A DNA stretch of 64,000 nucleotides from an uncultured Planctomycetales bacterium (GTDB taxonomy: Bacteria > Planctomycetota > Phycisphaerae > UBA1845 > PWPN01), in contig CAZMVY010000001.1 in assembly GCA_964569765.1 (NCBI GenBank), positions 4-64,003 on the forward strand. Reading direction: 5' to 3'. The translations under genes were made by a program, and so were the position numbers. The notes beneath the pieces were generated by a model. It searched no databases and had not been told where the DNA came from. It saw only the letters and a list, made by a program, of their open reading frames with translations. This document shows positions 46,539 through 55,418 of the stretch, piece by piece; the stretch's first letter is position 1, and each line of letters opens with the position of its first letter.

Positions 46539-48443
46539 TTACGGCTCGCCGCCGTGTTTATGAACCCGGTCGCCCACATTCATCTCGCTCGTTTCGGTGG
46601 TGGCCTTGCGCTTCGCCTTGACCTCGGGGAGCAAGTCGAGGCCCAGCTCGCGGAGCTGCTCGGACGTGACCTCGCCCGGGGCATCCGTAAGCGGGCAGAC
46701 GGCCCGCTGGGTCTTCGGGAAAGCGATCACGTCGCGGATGCTGTTCGTGCCGCCGAGCATCATGATCCAGCGGTCGAAGCCGAAGGCGATCCCGCCGTGC
46801 GGCGGCGGACCGTAGCGCAGGGCGCTCATGAGGTGCTCGAACTTCGCGTGGGCTTCGGCCGGGGTTATACCGAGCAATTCGAAGACCCGGCTCTGCACGT
46901 CGCTGCGGTGGATACGGATGCTGCCGCCGGCCATCTCCTCGCCGTTGATGACGAGGTCATACGCCTGACTCCGCACCTTGCCCGGATCGGTGGCCAGCAG
47001 CGGAATGTCCTCCTCGATCGGCATCGTGAAGGGATGGTGGGAGCTGTTCCACCGTTGTTCCTCCTCGCTCCACTCGAAGAGCGGGAAGTCCACAACCCAC
47101 AGCGCATCGAAGCGGCCCCGGGGAATCAGCCCCAGCGTGTTGCCGAGGCGAAGCCGCGCGGCTGAGAGGTACTTGGCTACGTCCGCGGGCTTGCCGGGAT
47201 AAAAGAAGAGCTGGTCGCCCGGCTCCGCGCCGGTGGCGGCACAGATCGCGCGGCAGTAGTTCTGGATCTTCGCGCCGACGCCGGTGGCGAACTCCGGCGC
47301 GCCGGGCGTCCCCTGCACCTTGGTGGTTGGCATGCCGCCGCCGCCCATGCCCCTGATCTCCTCCGTCAGGGAATCGGTGATCTTCCGCGTAAGCTTCTCG
47401 GCCCCGTCGGCCTTCTTGACGCAGATTGCCTTGACCATGCCGCCGGCGGCGATGGCATCGGCGAAGACGCCGAACTCGTCCTTGGTGATACCCCGCAGGG
47501 CCGGCGTGACATCCTGGAGCTCGAGGCCGAAGCGCGTGTCCGGCTTGTCGATGCCGTAGCGTGCCATTGCGTCGGCATAGCTCAGCCGCGGAAGCGGAAG
47601 GGGAATCTCGTAGCCGAGGATCTCCTTCCAGACGCGGGCCAGGCAGCCCTCGACCACCGTCATCACGTCGTCGGCCTTGACGAAGGCCATCTCCAGATCG
47701 AGCTGCGTGAACTCCGGCTGGCGGTTGCCGCGGAGGTCCTCGTCGCGGAAGCAGCGGACGAGCTGGGCGTAACGGTCGAAGCCGGCGATCATGAAAAGCT
47801 GTTTGAAGAGTTGCGGCGACTGCGGCAGGGCATAGAAGCGGCCCGGCTGCACGCGGGAGGGCACGAGGTAGTCGCGGGCCCCTTCCGGGGTCGACTTGGT
47901 GAGGAACGGCGTCTCGATCTCGAGGAATCCCTGCTCATGGAAGTAGTCGCGGATGATCTTGGCGGCCTTCGACCGGATGTGGAACATCCTCGCGACCTTC
48001 GGCCGGCGGAGATCAAGGAACCGATACTTCCGGCCAACGTCTTCGTTAGCCAAGTTCTCCGCGAAGTCGGAGATCTCGAACGGGGGCGTTTCCGACTTCG
48101 AAAGCAGGTCGATCTCGTGAACGCTGACCTCGATCTCGCCCGTGGGCATTTCGCCGGTCTTGAACTTCGGGCTGACCTGGTCGCCGCGGTGCAGGACCTC
48201 GCCCCGGACGGCGATGCAGTACTCGTTGCGCAGCGTGCGGGCGATGCGCGTCGCCTCGGGATCGGTGTCCACATTGAAGCGAAGCTGCGTAAGGCCCTCG
48301 CGGTCGCGGAGGTCGATGAAGACCAGGTTCTCACCGTGATCGCGGTAGCTGTTCACCCAGCCGGCGAGAACGACGGTTTGCCCGACATGGCTCGCACGAA
48401 GCTCGCCGCAGGAATGGGTTCGTTTGTTGTACGGCACGGACAC
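46539..48443 (-). CDS. aspS: Aspartyl-tRNA synthetase
   Basis: GTG 48443, 8 nt after AAGGAG. HSCGELR..VVLAGWV, FIDLRDREG, FRDEDLR, class-II motif 3 GGIAFGFDR. Confidence 0.95.
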   Translation of the reverse strand: MSVPYNKRTHSCGELRASHVGQTVVLAGWVNSYRDHGENLVFIDLRDREGLTQLRFNVDTDPEATRIARTLRNEYCIAVRGEVLHRGDQVSPKFKTGEMPTGEIEVSVHEIDLLSKSETPPFEISDFAENLANEDVGRKYRFLDLRRPKVARMFHIRSKAAKIIRDYFHEQGFLEIETPFLTKSTPEGARDYLVPSRVQPGRFYALPQSPQLFKQLFMIAGFDRYAQLVRCFRDEDLRGNRQPEFTQLDLEMAFVKADDVMTVVEGCLARVWKEILGYEIPLPLPRLSYADAMARYGIDKPDTRFGLELQDVTPALRGITKDEFGVFADAIAAGGMVKAICVKKADGAEKLTRKITDSLTEEIRGMGGGGMPTTKVQGTPGAPEFATGVGAKIQNYCRAICAATGAEPGDQLFFYPGKPADVAKYLSAARLRLGNTLGLIPRGRFDALWVVDFPLFEWSEEEQRWNSSHHPFTMPIEEDIPLLATDPGKVRSQAYDLVINGEEMAGGSIRIHRSDVQSRVFELLGITPAEAHAKFEHLMSALRYGPPPHGGIAFGFDRWIMMLGGTNSIRDVIAFPKTQRAVCPLTDAPGEVTSEQLRELGLDLLPEVKAKRKATTETSEMNVGDRVHKHGGEP

Positions 48444-48684
48444 GATGCAGTCTCCTTTTGCGTATCGATACTGGTACGGGATTGTCGCTCAGCAACCGCC
48501 CCGCGGAAAGGGGCCTGATGAGGAGAGTCAGGCATCATTCGGGCGGCGGCCGTAGTGGGCATACTGCGAGGGTGTGCCGCACCGGCCGCCGATGGACCTC
48601 CCGGGATGCGCGATCGAGCACTGCATGACCCGTGTAGTATATGCTTATCTGCCCCGCGCCTGCAAGGACACCGAGCTACCGCGC

Positions 48685-48714
48685 TTGGAGACGCGCCGAA
48701 CCGGTCGCTACAAT
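48685..48714 (+). promoter_or_regulatory. Sigma70-like promoter, possibly giving a leaderless mRNA
   Basis: TTGGAG (48685-48690), an 18-nt spacer, then TACAAT (48709-48714). ATG 48722 begins 7 nt after the -10 box. Confidence 0.3.
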
Positions 48715-50740
48715 GCCGGGCATGGAAGGTATGCGGCAAGCGGATTCGCCGGGGTGTGCCCTGTCTGACCAGCCCCGTCGAGGCCGGCTGATCGCAGCCG
48801 CCGCGGGTGTCGCCGCCATCGTTCTGGTCGTCCACTGGCCGGTCCTCTCCGCACAGACCTTCTCCTTCGACGACAGAGAGGCCATCACCGAGAACTTCCT
48901 CATACACCGGCTGAGCTGGGGCAACGTCGGTCGCCTGATCGGGGAAGTCCTGAAGCCCTCTACCGTGAAGGGCTACTATCGCCCTCTGACCCAGATCTCG
49001 CTCATGGTGGATTGGGCGATGGGCGGGCGCCCCGACAACCTGCGTGCCTTCCACCGAACCAGTTTGGCGTTGCACGCCGCCAACACCATCCTCGTGGTCG
49101 TGCTGCTGTACCAGCTCTTTCAGAATGAATGGGTAGCGGCCGGGCTCGGCCTGCTGTTCGGGCTGCACCCCCTGACGGTGGAGCCGATTGCGTGGGTAAT
49201 GGAGCGGAAGACGCCATTGGCGGCGTTCTGTTCCCTCGGGTGCCTTGTGCTGTATCTCCGATATGCGCAGGGAAACAGATGGAAGTGGTACGCGGCATCC
49301 GTCTTGATGTATGTCCTGGCGCTGATGTCAAAGCCGATCAGCGTTCCCCTGCCCCTGGCGCTGCTACTGCTGGATTACTGGCCGCTCCGACGACTCGGCA
49401 GGCGAGCCCTGGTGGAAAAGCTGCCGTTCTTCGTCCTGGCGATTCTCGGAGGGGCCGTCACTTACGCCTGCGAGGGCCGCGTGCAGCCCCTCCAGGTGCT
49501 TCGAGCGGACACGCCGGGGCAGATCCCGCTGAGAATCTGCTACCTGATCGCTTTCTATGTCTCCAAGATCGTCTGGCCGACGAATCTGTCCTCGGTCTAC
49601 TTCCTGCCCGCACCGCTGGCCCTGTCGAACCTTCCGGTTCTGCTGGGATTCATCGGTACCTGCCTGCTGTTTGCGATCGTGATCGTCTCGCTCCGATGGA
49701 CCCCGGCCCTGCTGGTAGGAGCCTCGATCGCGATCCTGACCCTCGCGCCGACAATGGGGCTCGTCACGTACAGTTGGCTTTGTGCTTCCGACAAGTACCT
49801 GTACCTGCCCGCGATCGGCTTGCTGATTACGCTTGCGTGGGCCTGCGCGGGGATCGGGCGGGCGGCATGCCGCGCCTGGGGGCCGGCAAAGACCGGTGCG
49901 GTGTCGCTTGTCGTTTTGCTTGGGGTAACCACAGCCGAGGCCGTCGCAACGCGCCGCCAGCTCGCTCGCTGGCAGGATACCGAAGGGTACTTTCGATACA
50001 TGCTCACACTGAGCGAGAATCCGGGGCTTTCTCAAGTACATGGTTTTCTGGGCACATTCCTGCTGGAGCAGGGCCGCCTGGACGAGGCCGCCCGCGAGTT
50101 TCGTGAGGCCATCCGGCTGAAGCCGCACGTCTCAGACCCCCACAATAACCTGGGCAAGGTCTTGCTCGCCCAGGGCCGCATCCCGGAAGCCGTCGACGAG
50201 TTCGGCGAGGCGATTCGCCTGAAACAGGACTTCAGCCTCGCCCACGCGAACCTGGGGCTGGCACTGCTCCAGTCAGGCCGCGACGACGAAGCGGAACGTC
50301 ATCTGCGAGAAGCCATCCGCCTGGAACCCGGTCTCGCGGAGGCGCACGATTACCTGGCGGCGCTTCTGCTCAGGCAGCGAAAGTACTTTGCCGCACTGGA
50401 CACGTTCCGCGAAGCGGTGCGGCTGGCCCCTGGGAACTTCCGCGCGTTGAACAACCTCGCCTGGCTCCTGGCCACATGCCCGGTGGAAATGATCCGCAAC
50501 GGCCCAGAGGCTGTCGCCCTGGCACGCCGGGCCTGCGAGTTGACCGGCTTCCGTGAACCCATGCCCCTGAATACCCTGGCGGCCGCCCTGGCCGAGACCG
50601 GCCGGTTTGCCGAGGCCGTTCAGACGTGTGCGCGTGCCGTCGAGGCAGCGTACGCCCGGCAGGACGTTGCCCTGGCCGAATCCTTCCGCGCCGCCGCCCG
50701 ATCCTACGAAGCAGGCCGGCCTTACCGGCTGCCGCCGTAA
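48713..50740 (+). CDS. Membrane glycosyltransferase-like (GT39/TMTC-type N-terminus) protein with C-terminal TPR repeats
   Basis: FSFDDREAITEN..YYRPLT N-terminal block and ~10 TM segments. TPR repeats follow (AREFREAIRLKP.., VDEFGEAIRLKQ.., RHLREAIRLEP..). Start is ambiguous: ATG 48641, 48713, 48722 or 48731. Confidence 0.8.
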   Translation: MPGMEGMRQADSPGCALSDQPRRGRLIAAAAGVAAIVLVVHWPVLSAQTFSFDDREAITENFLIHRLSWGNVGRLIGEVLKPSTVKGYYRPLTQISLMVDWAMGGRPDNLRAFHRTSLALHAANTILVVVLLYQLFQNEWVAAGLGLLFGLHPLTVEPIAWVMERKTPLAAFCSLGCLVLYLRYAQGNRWKWYAASVLMYVLALMSKPISVPLPLALLLLDYWPLRRLGRRALVEKLPFFVLAILGGAVTYACEGRVQPLQVLRADTPGQIPLRICYLIAFYVSKIVWPTNLSSVYFLPAPLALSNLPVLLGFIGTCLLFAIVIVSLRWTPALLVGASIAILTLAPTMGLVTYSWLCASDKYLYLPAIGLLITLAWACAGIGRAACRAWGPAKTGAVSLVVLLGVTTAEAVATRRQLARWQDTEGYFRYMLTLSENPGLSQVHGFLGTFLLEQGRLDEAAREFREAIRLKPHVSDPHNNLGKVLLAQGRIPEAVDEFGEAIRLKQDFSLAHANLGLALLQSGRDDEAERHLREAIRLEPGLAEAHDYLAALLLRQRKYFAALDTFREAVRLAPGNFRALNNLAWLLATCPVEMIRNGPEAVALARRACELTGFREPMPLNTLAAALAETGRFAEAVQTCARAVEAAYARQDVALAESFRAAARSYEAGRPYRLPP

Positions 50741-50874
50741 GCGCCGCCCGCAGACGACGCAGATGCACGACGCTTGCCTGGCCGCGCATGCGTATGCCTT
50801 GCGAATCCCACGATGCGAGGTTCCCGCAAGTGGCGCCGTTTCATTTTTGCGCATCCTGCCCGTAATATGACCGC

Positions 50875-51846
50875 ATGCGAATCATCCTCTTCGCCTCCGG
50901 CGAGTTCGCGATCCCCACGCCCCGGTGGCTGGCGAACGGCCCGCACGCGGTGGCGGCGGTGGTCCGCCAGCCCAGCCGCCCGCAGGGCCGGGGCCGGCAG
51001 CCCGCGGCGACGCCGGCGGCCCGGCTCGCCGCCGAACTCGGCATGCCGGTTCTCGAGTGCGCGGACGTAAACGAGCCGGGCTTCGTCGGGCAGGTTCGGC
51101 GGATGGATGCGCGGCTGGGCATTGTGATCGCCTTCGGTCAGAAACTCCGGGGCGATGTACGGAACGCGATCCGATGCGGGTGCGTAAACCTGCACGGCTC
51201 GCTGCTGCCAAAGTATCGTGGCGCAGCTCCGATCGCATGGGCGATCCTCTGCGGCGAAGAAAAAACGGGCGTCACGGTCTTCCGCCTGGCGGACCGCATG
51301 GATGCCGGCGAGATCCTCGTGCGAAGGGAAACGATGATCCGCCCGGACGAAACGCTCGGCGAGTTGCACGATCGACTGGCCATGATCGGGCCGGACGCCA
51401 TCGCGGCGACGCTACGGCTGTTTGAAGACGACGACGCGCCCCGCGGGGAACCGCAGGACGAACGCTGTGCAAGCATCGCGCCGAAACTGAGCAAGGCGGC
51501 GGGGCGGATCGACTTCCGTCGGGACGCGATCAAACTCGTGCGGCACATCCGGGCCATGTGGCCGTGGCCCGGCGCGCGTTGCACGTTTCGCCCGTCGGAC
51601 GGCCGGCGTGCGGAGGAAGTTACCCTCGCTCGCGCTCGCCTCGCTGGCCGTAAGATCGGAGACGCAAGCGGCGAAACGGGCCTGATCCTGGATGGATATG
51701 ATGTGCAGGCGGGCCGCGGCGCAATCGAGATCCTGGAAATCCAGCCCAAGGGCGGCCGCGTGATGGGCTGGCGCGACTTCATCAACGGGCGGCACGTCAA
51801 GCCCGGCGACCGGTTCGAATCTCTCCCCTCTGAATCCACGACGTGA
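50875..51846 (+). CDS. fmt: Methionyl-tRNA formyltransferase
   Basis: MRIILFASGEFAIP, VNLHGSLLPKYRGAAPI, and GVTVFRL...MDAGEIL. Confidence 0.92.
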   Translation: MRIILFASGEFAIPTPRWLANGPHAVAAVVRQPSRPQGRGRQPAATPAARLAAELGMPVLECADVNEPGFVGQVRRMDARLGIVIAFGQKLRGDVRNAIRCGCVNLHGSLLPKYRGAAPIAWAILCGEEKTGVTVFRLADRMDAGEILVRRETMIRPDETLGELHDRLAMIGPDAIAATLRLFEDDDAPRGEPQDERCASIAPKLSKAAGRIDFRRDAIKLVRHIRAMWPWPGARCTFRPSDGRRAEEVTLARARLAGRKIGDASGETGLILDGYDVQAGRGAIEILEIQPKGGRVMGWRDFINGRHVKPGDRFESLPSESTT

Positions 51847-52035
51847 CACCAACGGATTCGTTGCCCGGCGCGGGCACGTTCACGTCTGTGCCGGTAAGAC
51901 GGCCTGCCCGAGGCGTACTGCCAGAGAAAGACGACCGTAGGCTGCCCGGGCGAATCGCAGGTTTTCCCCTGCACGGGCGTTCAATAGTAGGAGTGCTTCG
52001 AAAAACTGTGAACCGTCTATTGGAGGCCCCGCTTC

Positions 52036-52359
52036 ATGCGGCGCAACTGGATAAACCTGCTTGTTGCAATCGCAACCGCGACTACAACGCTCGGCGTGGC
52101 CGTCTCCGGCATCATACTTCGATACGGGCTGCCACGCGGCGGCGGCCGCCGTCAGGGTCGCGGCGGCCCGGCCTTCTGGGGATGGAGCCGCCATGACTGG
52201 TGTGACGTCCACTTCTGGCTCGCGGCCATTACGATAGGGCTTATCCTCCTTCACGTGGCCCTGCACTGGAACTGGCTGCGCACGATGTGTCGGCAACTTC
52301 GTCGCTCCAACAGCACATCCAACGCAGTGCAGCACGCGGCCGTGGACACACAGGCCTGA
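52036..52359 (+). CDS. DUF4405-like small membrane protein
   Basis: Two TM segments with His pattern HDWCDVHFWLAAITIGLILLHVALHWNW. GGAGG lies 9 nt upstream. Confidence 0.6.
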   Translation: MRRNWINLLVAIATATTTLGVAVSGIILRYGLPRGGGRRQGRGGPAFWGWSRHDWCDVHFWLAAITIGLILLHVALHWNWLRTMCRQLRRSNSTSNAVQHAAVDTQA

Positions 52360-52387
52360 TCCCGCAGGCCGGCGGCCGACGGCGGGC

Positions 52388-52645
52388 TCAGCGGGACCGA
52401 TCGCCGCCCCCCTGGCACGCTTTCCATCGTTCGCGAAGGGTCTGCCTCAGGCGGTCCTGGAACTCGGCCGGAATCTCGTAGGGCTTTCCCTCGCGGTACA
52501 GCGTGATGGTCTTCCGGATGTTGTCCACGACAAGCTGACAGGGGTTGCAGCCGGCAAGGTGCTGCTCGAACTCGCGACAGACGGCCGGATCGAGCCCGCC
52601 GTCCACGTACTCGTTCATCGCCTTGAGCAGATCCTCGCACTGCAT
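52388..52645 (-). CDS. Soluble zinc-binding anti-sigma factor (ZAS, RsrA-like)
   Basis: 85 aa, no TM segment. H-x3-C-x2-C (H29 LAG C33 NP C36). Cys3 lies 26 residues before His29, the same spacing I recall for RsrA C11-H37. Confidence 0.8.
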   Translation of the reverse strand: MQCEDLLKAMNEYVDGGLDPAVCREFEQHLAGCNPCQLVVDNIRKTITLYREGKPYEIPAEFQDRLRQTLRERWKACQGGGDRSR

Positions 52646-52689
52646 GGTCTCACTCGTGTTCTGATCCGCGACACGCCCCTGGGGTTACA

Positions 52690-53337
52690 TCAACCTTCGT
52701 GGTCATGCCGGGCGATCACCCGGTGCTCCGTGTCGCCCAGCGCCCGGGTGAGCTTCTCTCGCAGCATCAGGCGGGCGCGGAGCAGGCGGACCTTGACGTT
52801 CGCCACGGTAATGCCCAGCTCCCTGGCGGTCTCTTCCGTTGACAACCCTTCGACATCGCGTAAGAGGAACACCAGCCTGTACTTCTCATCCAGTTGATCC
52901 AGGACGGCATCGAGCAGTTCCTGCGTCTCCCGCCGCCGGGCCAACTCTCCAGGATCGTCCCGCCACGGGGCGATGAACTCCGGATGCGGCAGCGACGCAT
53001 CATCGTCCTTACCCGCCGCCCCGATGGCCGCGATCGGCAGGCCCCGACGCTTGCGCAGCGTCTTGAGCGCGTGGTTCGTCGCGATCCGGACCAGCCACGT
53101 ACGAAACTGCGACTGCCCCGCAAACCCGTTCAGGTGTTCGAGCACGCTCAGAAAGGTCTGCTGGACGACGTCTTCGGCATCTTGCTGGTTTCGCACAATC
53201 CGCAGAGCGAGCGTGTAGACCGCGTCCTCATGGCGGGCGACGAGCCGCTCGAAGGCCTCATAATCGCCCTGCCGGGCCCGGCGCACCAACTCCGCGTCGG
53301 GGTCCGGAACCTCATGCGTGGTTACGCGCTCGCTCAT
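52690..53337 (-). CDS. ECF (sigma-70 family group 4) RNA polymerase sigma factor
   Basis: Region 2: AFERLVARHEDAVYTLALRIV..DAEDVVQQTF. Region 4: LVFLLRDVEGLSTEETARELGITVANVKVRLLRAR. Confidence 0.9.
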   Translation of the reverse strand: MSERVTTHEVPDPDAELVRRARQGDYEAFERLVARHEDAVYTLALRIVRNQQDAEDVVQQTFLSVLEHLNGFAGQSQFRTWLVRIATNHALKTLRKRRGLPIAAIGAAGKDDDASLPHPEFIAPWRDDPGELARRRETQELLDAVLDQLDEKYRLVFLLRDVEGLSTEETARELGITVANVKVRLLRARLMLREKLTRALGDTEHRVIARHDHEG

Positions 53338-53427
53338 AAACCCTTATCGCCGCTCCCTCGGCGGCTCCTTGTAACCGATTGCGTACCCGCGGATCAAACG
53401 TTGTGTGACAGGATCGGAGGCTCTGCT

Positions 53428-53652
53428 ATGACGGTTGAGGAGGCATTACGGTCGCTCGCCGGCGCCTTGGTCCTGCTGCGCGTCGTGCTCGCCCACTATG
53501 TGAGCCCGTGGTGGCTGCTGTTCACCGCCTTTGTCGCATTGAATCTGTTGCAATCCGGATTCACCCACTGGTGTCCCATGATGTGGTTTCTCGAAAAGGC
53601 CGGGCTGCGGCACGAGGGCGCTGCCGGCGCATCCGGTGCACACAGGAGTTGA
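53428..53652 (+). CDS. DUF2892 (YgaP C-terminal-like) small membrane protein
   Basis: ATG 53428, 8 nt after GGAGG. LLQSGFTHWCPMMWFLEKAG motif. Lies within ORF 52894..53652. Confidence 0.7.
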   Translation: MTVEEALRSLAGALVLLRVVLAHYVSPWWLLFTAFVALNLLQSGFTHWCPMMWFLEKAGLRHEGAAGASGAHRS

Positions 53653-53654
53653 CG

Positions 53655-54173
53655 ATGAACATCGGAAGCATCACCCCGCAGGCGCTCTATCAACGGATGG
53701 CGGCCGGCGAGCCCGTGGACCTGATCGACGTCCGCTCGCCCCGCGAGTACCAGGCCGCCCACGTGCCGGGCGCCCGCCTGCTGCCCCTGAACACGCTGAC
53801 GAGGGAGGCCGTGCAGAACGGCCGTTCCTCTCACGGCGACAGCCCGGTCTACTTGATCTGCTGGTCGGGCGCCCGGTCGGCCGCGGCCTGCGCCCGTTTG
53901 GCAGGGCAGGGTCTGAACAACGTCGTCAATGTGGAGGGAGGCACGCGGGCCTGGCAGCAGGCCGGGTTGCCGGTGGAGGGATCGGGCGCCAGCACGGCCG
54001 CACGCTGGTTTCGGTGGGGCGGCCTGCTCGCCGTAGTTGCGACTGTCGTTCTGGGCAGCACGGTGCACTCGGCGTTCCTGTACGCGGCCGTCGGCATCTG
54101 GCTCGCCCTCATCGTCACGGGAAACGCCCCGTGCTGTGCGTCAGGGGCCTGCTCGACCGGGCGCGGCAGGTAA
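53655..54173 (+). CDS. Rhodanese-domain sulfurtransferase with C-terminal 2-TM region (YgaP-like)
   Basis: ATG 53655 after CAGGAG. DLIDVRSPREY..HVPGA. Active-site loop YLICWSGARS. C-terminal hydrophobic segments. Confidence 0.85.
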   Translation: MNIGSITPQALYQRMAAGEPVDLIDVRSPREYQAAHVPGARLLPLNTLTREAVQNGRSSHGDSPVYLICWSGARSAAACARLAGQGLNNVVNVEGGTRAWQQAGLPVEGSGASTAARWFRWGGLLAVVATVVLGSTVHSAFLYAAVGIWLALIVTGNAPCCASGACSTGRGR

Positions 54174-54220
54174 CTCGTCGTTCGGTCGTCCGTCGCAGTG
54201 CCGCCTGCGCCCCCCGCAGT

Positions 54221-54248
54221 TTGACGTTTCAGTCGGGTTGCTTATCAT
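54221..54248 (+). promoter_or_regulatory. Sigma70-like promoter for the RND efflux operon
   Basis: TTGACG (54221-54226), a 16-nt spacer, then TATCAT (54243-54248). ATG 54312 lies ~60 nt downstream. Confidence 0.45.
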
Positions 54249-54311
54249 CTGCCGAGCGGCGCGTACCGTTGCGCCGGCGACGGCGTCACATGGCATAACG
54301 GATCTGCACCC

Positions 54312-55418
54312 ATGAAACACTGGCAGGCAATCGCTCAATGGTCCGTGGCCACAGTAGTGGCAATCGGTGCCATCGTGCTCATGATCCTGTGGCTGGCAGG
54401 CACGTTCAAGTACAAGATTTCGCCGAGCCAGACGCATGCTGCTGCCGTGCCCGTGCCCCCCCACCGGCCCCTCGTGGAAGTCAAGTCGATGATGCGTCCC
54501 TATGCCGAGTGGGCCGTCGGAACGACCCGGGCCGTCCATGAGACGACGCTCGGCTCGCGCCTGCTGGCAAAAGTGGTCGCCGTGAACGTGCGCGCGGGAC
54601 AACTCGTCGAAAAAGGGGCGGTCCTCATGGAACTGGATGACGCCGACCTGAGGGCGCAGGTCGAGCAGGCGCAGGCCGTGGTGGCCGCCTCCTCGGCGGT
54701 CCTGGACCAGTCCCGTATCGAGTTCGAGCGGATCAGCCGGCTGATCAGGGAACAGGCCGCCTCGGACCTTGAACTCTCGCGTGTCACGAACGCCCTGCGG
54801 GGCGCAGAGGCAGACAAGCGCCGCGCGGAAGAGGCCCTGCGTGAGGCACAGACCCGCCTGAGCTACGCCACCGTCCGCTCGCCCATGGATGGCCGCATTA
54901 TCGACAAGAAGGTCGATGTCGGCGACACCGTGACCCCCGGCCAGCCGCTCGTGTCCATGTACGATCCGACCCGCATGCAGTTGGTCGCGGTCGTACCGGA
55001 ATCCCTGGCGTACCGGCTTGCCGTCGGGAAGTGGGTGGGAGTGCGCCTTCAGGCCCTGGACAAGGAATGCGAGGGCCGCGTTGACGAAATCGTGCCGCAG
55101 GCCTTCGCGGCAAGCCGGTCCTTCGAGGTGAAGGTCAGCGGCCCCTGCCCGCCGGGCGTATACCCCGGCATGTTCGGACGCATCAAGATCCCGCTGGACG
55201 ATCAACGCGTGACCTACATCCCCCGCGCGGCCGTCCGACAGGTGGGTCAGCTCGACCTGGTTGACGTGGTCACACAGGACCGGCTCGAACGCCGCCTCGT
55301 CCGGCTGGGACGGGAGTTTGACGACAACGTGGAAGTGCTGAGCGGATTGGCCGTCGGCGAGCAGGTCGTGCTCCCTGCGACGTCCCCCCAGACCCGTCCG
55401 AGCGACCATGACAACTGA
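54312..55418 (+). CDS. Efflux RND periplasmic adaptor (membrane fusion protein, HlyD family)
   Basis: N-terminal TM segment. Coiled-coil hairpin (LRAQVEQAQA...RAEEALREAQTRLSY). ATVRSPMDGRI lipoyl-like motif. 11-bp overlap with the RND gene. Confidence 0.88.
   Translation: MKHWQAIAQWSVATVVAIGAIVLMILWLAGTFKYKISPSQTHAAAVPVPPHRPLVEVKSMMRPYAEWAVGTTRAVHETTLGSRLLAKVVAVNVRAGQLVEKGAVLMELDDADLRAQVEQAQAVVAASSAVLDQSRIEFERISRLIREQAASDLELSRVTNALRGAEADKRRAEEALREAQTRLSYATVRSPMDGRIIDKKVDVGDTVTPGQPLVSMYDPTRMQLVAVVPESLAYRLAVGKWVGVRLQALDKECEGRVDEIVPQAFAASRSFEVKVSGPCPPGVYPGMFGRIKIPLDDQRVTYIPRAAVRQVGQLDLVDVVTQDRLERRLVRLGREFDDNVEVLSGLAVGEQVVLPATSPQTRPSDHDN

Noticed and set aside
53338-53427. ECF/SigR-type promoter (GGAAT-N18-GTT or GGAAC-N16-CGT) in the sigma/DUF2892 divergent region and upstream of trxB (60145-60236)
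   Set aside because: The only AAC...CGTT pairings I found have 23-24-nt spacers, which is too long. A TTGATC-N18-TACAAG sigma70-like site faces the sigma gene instead. The regulon link therefore remains inference only.
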